Source: an uncultured beta proteobacterium (GTDB taxonomy: Bacteria > Pseudomonadota > Gammaproteobacteria > Burkholderiales > Burkholderiaceae_C). Taken from it: a stretch of 64,000 nucleotides of DNA. The DNA is taken from positions 62,559 to 126,558 of the forward strand of contig CAWIOH010000023.1 in assembly GCA_963837675.1 (NCBI GenBank), written 5' to 3'. Made by a program: the position numbers and the translations under genes. Numbering within the stretch: the first letter of the stretch is position 1; each line of letters opens with the position of its first letter. Shown one piece after another: positions 60,291 through 64,000 of the stretch. Under the pieces are notes generated by a model. That model did no database searches and was not told the DNA's origin. It saw nothing but the letters and a program-made list of their open reading frames with translations.

Positions 60291-60845
60291 CGCTGTCAAA
60301 CCTCCGTCAACCCCGCGGCCCGCGTCCGCCAACTTGTTTGCACCGGGCAGCTTGCTGCCGCGTCCCTTGAAGTCCAGCACCGGCACCAGGCGCGCCTCGC
60401 GCACCTCATGCAGTTTGAAGTCGAGTGCCTGATCGGCCTTGTCGCCGCTCAACGCTAGGCGCCAGCCATCGGGTGCGGCCTGAAGCTGGCCGCGATAGTT
60501 CTTGCGGCCCTTGAAGGCCTCTTTCAGCGTCAGGTTGATTTCCTGCCCGGCAAAGCGCTCGAAGTCAGCCGGCCGCGTCAAAGGCCGGTCCAGGCCGGGT
60601 GAGGACACCTCCAGGCGCTGGTAGGCCACCGCCTCGACTTCCAGCACGTACTGCAATTGCCGCGTGACGCGCTCGCAATCCTCGACGGTGACGAATTCGG
60701 CCTCGCCGGTGGGATAGCTGCGGCCCGGAACGCGGTCGATGAACACGCGCAGCAAGCCAGCGGCCGAGCGCTCCACCGCCACCAGCTCGTAGTCCAAGCC
60801 GGCGACCGTGCGCTCTATGGTCAAATGCTGTCGCGTCGTAGCCAA
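60287..60845 (-). CDS. rimP: Ribosome maturation factor RimP (reads in frame into nusA as given)
   Basis: [15 protein letters not shown] and [12 protein letters not shown] motifs. Confidence 0.9.
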
Positions 60846-60897
60846 ACCCGTTGCCTTGCCTCATCGCCTTTCGCGGTCCCGCGAAAAGCGATCAACC

Positions 60898-60927
60898 AAA
60901 AAAAATGGGCTGGAGAAATCCGCCCAT
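60898..60927 (-). promoter_or_regulatory. rimP leader attenuator-like terminator
   Basis: Minus strand ATGGGC-N11-GCCCAT followed by a T-run in the rimP 5' leader. Confidence 0.7.
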
Positions 60928-60956
60928 GCAGTGTGTCAGCGAAAGGCGCATTGTAA

Positions 60957-61849
<893 letters not shown>

Positions 61850-61858
61850 CGCCGTTGC

Positions 61859-64000
61859 TCAGGGGCCGGGGCGCACGCAGTCGACGAAGTAGCGCCGGCT
61901 GCCGTCGGCTTGCTCTTCTTCCACCAGGCCGTGCACGTCGGTGTCGAAGCCCGGGAAAGGCTGCGTTGAACTGCGCGCGTGAAGCGCAGGTAATCGACGA
62001 TCTTCTTGTTGAAGCGCTCGCCCGGAATCAGCAACGGAATGCCCGGCGGATAGGGCGTCAGCAGCGACGTCGTGATGCGGCCTTCCAAGCGCGTCGATGT
62101 CCACGCGCTCGGTCTTGCGGTGCGCGATGTGCGCAAAGGCGTCGCTGGGCTTCATCGCCGGCTGCAGGTCGCGACAGGTACATCTCGGTCGCAGGCGCGC
62201 GATGTCACCTTTGGCGTACATCTCGTGGATGCTCTGGCACAGGTCGCGCAGGCCCATGCGCTCGTAGCGCGGATGCGCGGCGCAGAACTCGGGCAGGATG
62301 CGCCACATCGGCTGCGTTCTTGTCGTAGTCGTCCTTGAACTGCTGCAGCGCCGTCAGCAGCGTGTTCCAGCGGCCCTTGGTGATGCCGATGGTGAACATG
62401 ATGAAGAACGAGTACAGCCCGGTCTTCTCGACCACCACGCCGTGCTCGGCCAGGAACTTGGTGACGATCGCCGCCGGGATGCCGGTCTTGGCGAACTTGC
62501 CCGACATGTCCAGCCCCGGCGTGATGATCGTGCACTTGATCGGGTCGAGCAGGTTGAAGCCTTCGGCCAGGTCGCCGAAGCCATGCCACTTGTCGCCCGC
62601 CTTCAGCACCCAGTCGTCGGCCTGGCCGATGCCTTCGGTCGGCCAGCTTGTCCGGTCCCCAGACCTTGAACCACCAGTCATGGCCGAACTCCTTGTCGAC
62701 CTTGCGCATGGCGCGGCGGAAGTCCAGCGCCTCGGCAATGCTCTCTTCCACCAGCGCGGTGCCACCCGGCGCTTCCATCATCGCCGCGGCCACGTCGCAG
62801 CTGGCGATGATGGCGTACTGCGGGCTGGTGCTGGTGTGCATCAGGTAGGCCTCGTTGAAGAGGTGCCGGTCGAGCTTGCGGTTCGGCGGCGTCCTGCACC
62901 AGCACCTGGCAGGCCTGGCTGATGACCGGCCAGCAACTTGTGCGTGCACTGCGTGGCGAACACCAGCTGGTTCTTCGGCCGCGGCGCGCTTCTTGCCCAT
63001 GGCGTGGAAGCTGCCGTAGAACGTGTGGAAGGCCGCATGTGGCAGCCAGGCCTCGTCGAAATGCAGCGTGTCGATGTAGCCGTCGAGCGCGTGCTTGATG
63101 GTCTCGGTGTTGTAGAGCACGCCGTCGTAGGTGCTCTGCGTCAAGCGTCAGGATGCGCGGCTTGACCTTCTTCGGGTCGACGCCCGTCAGCAGCGGGTTG
63201 GCGGCGATCTTCCTGCGGATGGCCTCGGGCGAGAACTCGCTCTGCGGGATCGGCCCGATGATGCCGTAGTGGTTGCGCGTGGGCGTCAGGAACACCGGCA
63301 CCGCGCCGGTCATGATGATCGCGTGCAGGATCGACTTGTGGCAGTTGCGGTCGACCACCACCACGTCGCCCGGGCGCCACCGTGTGGTGCCAGACCATCT
63401 TGTTGCTGGTGCAGGTGCCGTTGGTGACGAAGAAGCAGTGGTCGGCGTTGAAGATGCGCGCCGCGTTGCGTCTCGCTCTGCGCAACCGGGCCGGTGTGGT
63501 CGAGCAGCTGGCCGAGTTCGTCCACCGCAGTTGCACACGTCGGCGCGCAGCATGTTCTCGCCGAAGAACTGGTGGAACATCTGGCCCGACCGGGCTCTTC
63601 AGGAAGGCCACGCCGCCGCAGTGGCCCGGGCAGTGCCAGGAATAGGAGCCGTCCTGCGCGTAGTCCACCAGCGCCTTGAAGAACGGCGGCGCCAGGCCGT
63701 CGAGATAGCTCTTGGCCTCGCGGATGATGTGGCGCGCCACGAACTCCGGCGTGTCCTCGAACATGTGGATGAAGCCGTGCAGTTCGCGCAGGATGTCGTT
63801 GGGGATGTGCTGGCTGGTGCGCGTCTCGCCGTAGATGTAGATCGGGATGTCGGCGTTCTTGAAGCGGATCTCCTCGATGAACTTGCGCAGGCTCAGCACC
63901 GCAGGGTCGAGCTCCGGGCCGCCCTTGAACTCCTCGTCGTCGATCGACAGGATGAAGGCGCTGGCGCGGCTTTGCTGCTGCGCGAACTGGCTCAGGTCGC
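61859..64000 (-). CDS. Orn/Lys/Arg decarboxylase (PLP fold I); 5'-truncated, apparent frameshifts
   Basis: WHCPGH, DRNCHKS, HFDEAW, THK(PLP)LL, HTSTSPQY and PYPPGIP motifs. Confidence 0.93.

Noticed and set aside
58812-60845. In-frame RimP-NusA fusion (677 aa ORF)
   Set aside because: nusA has a GGAGG upstream and an ATGA that would end rimP after a single-base correction. The site is inside an error-rich block, so an artefact is more likely.

Overview
High-GC chromosomal segment, most likely from a Burkholderiales (Rubrivivax/Ideonella-like) betaproteobacterium. From left to right it holds: (i) the 3' end of an RND permease-DUF2892-TolC-sulfide:quinone oxidoreductase operon, then a hemerythrin-like gene and an XRE-type HTH gene; (ii) housekeeping genes clpSA, mtfA, lpxH, ppiB/ppiA, cysS, a glycosylase, accA, tilS, lysC, tRNA-Ser(GCT) and bktB; (iii) about 1.2 kb of decayed mobile DNA (integrase-arm/IHF-like motif, truncated IS4-family transposase, DUF1653 remnant, three 22-23 bp tandem repeats) ending at a dif-like Xer site, on which housekeeping gene orientation and most KOPS motifs converge, suggesting the replication terminus; (iv) tatD-pilZ-holB-tmk-mltG/ygfZ, a probably pseudogenised esterase/thioesterase pair and aceA; (v) an ~18 kb polyamine uptake and gamma-glutamylation cluster with a DUF3138 porin-like gene, a second type III GS-like ligase and an intact IS630 insertion; (vi) hydrolases, a histone-H1-like gene coupled to dusA, typA-truB-rbfA-infB-nusA-rimP, fabI and an Orn/Lys/Arg decarboxylase. 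Frameshifts in essential genes (about 12.9-18 kb and 54.5-64 kb) look like consensus artefacts, not biology. All calls come from reading sequence and motifs by eye; no searches were run.
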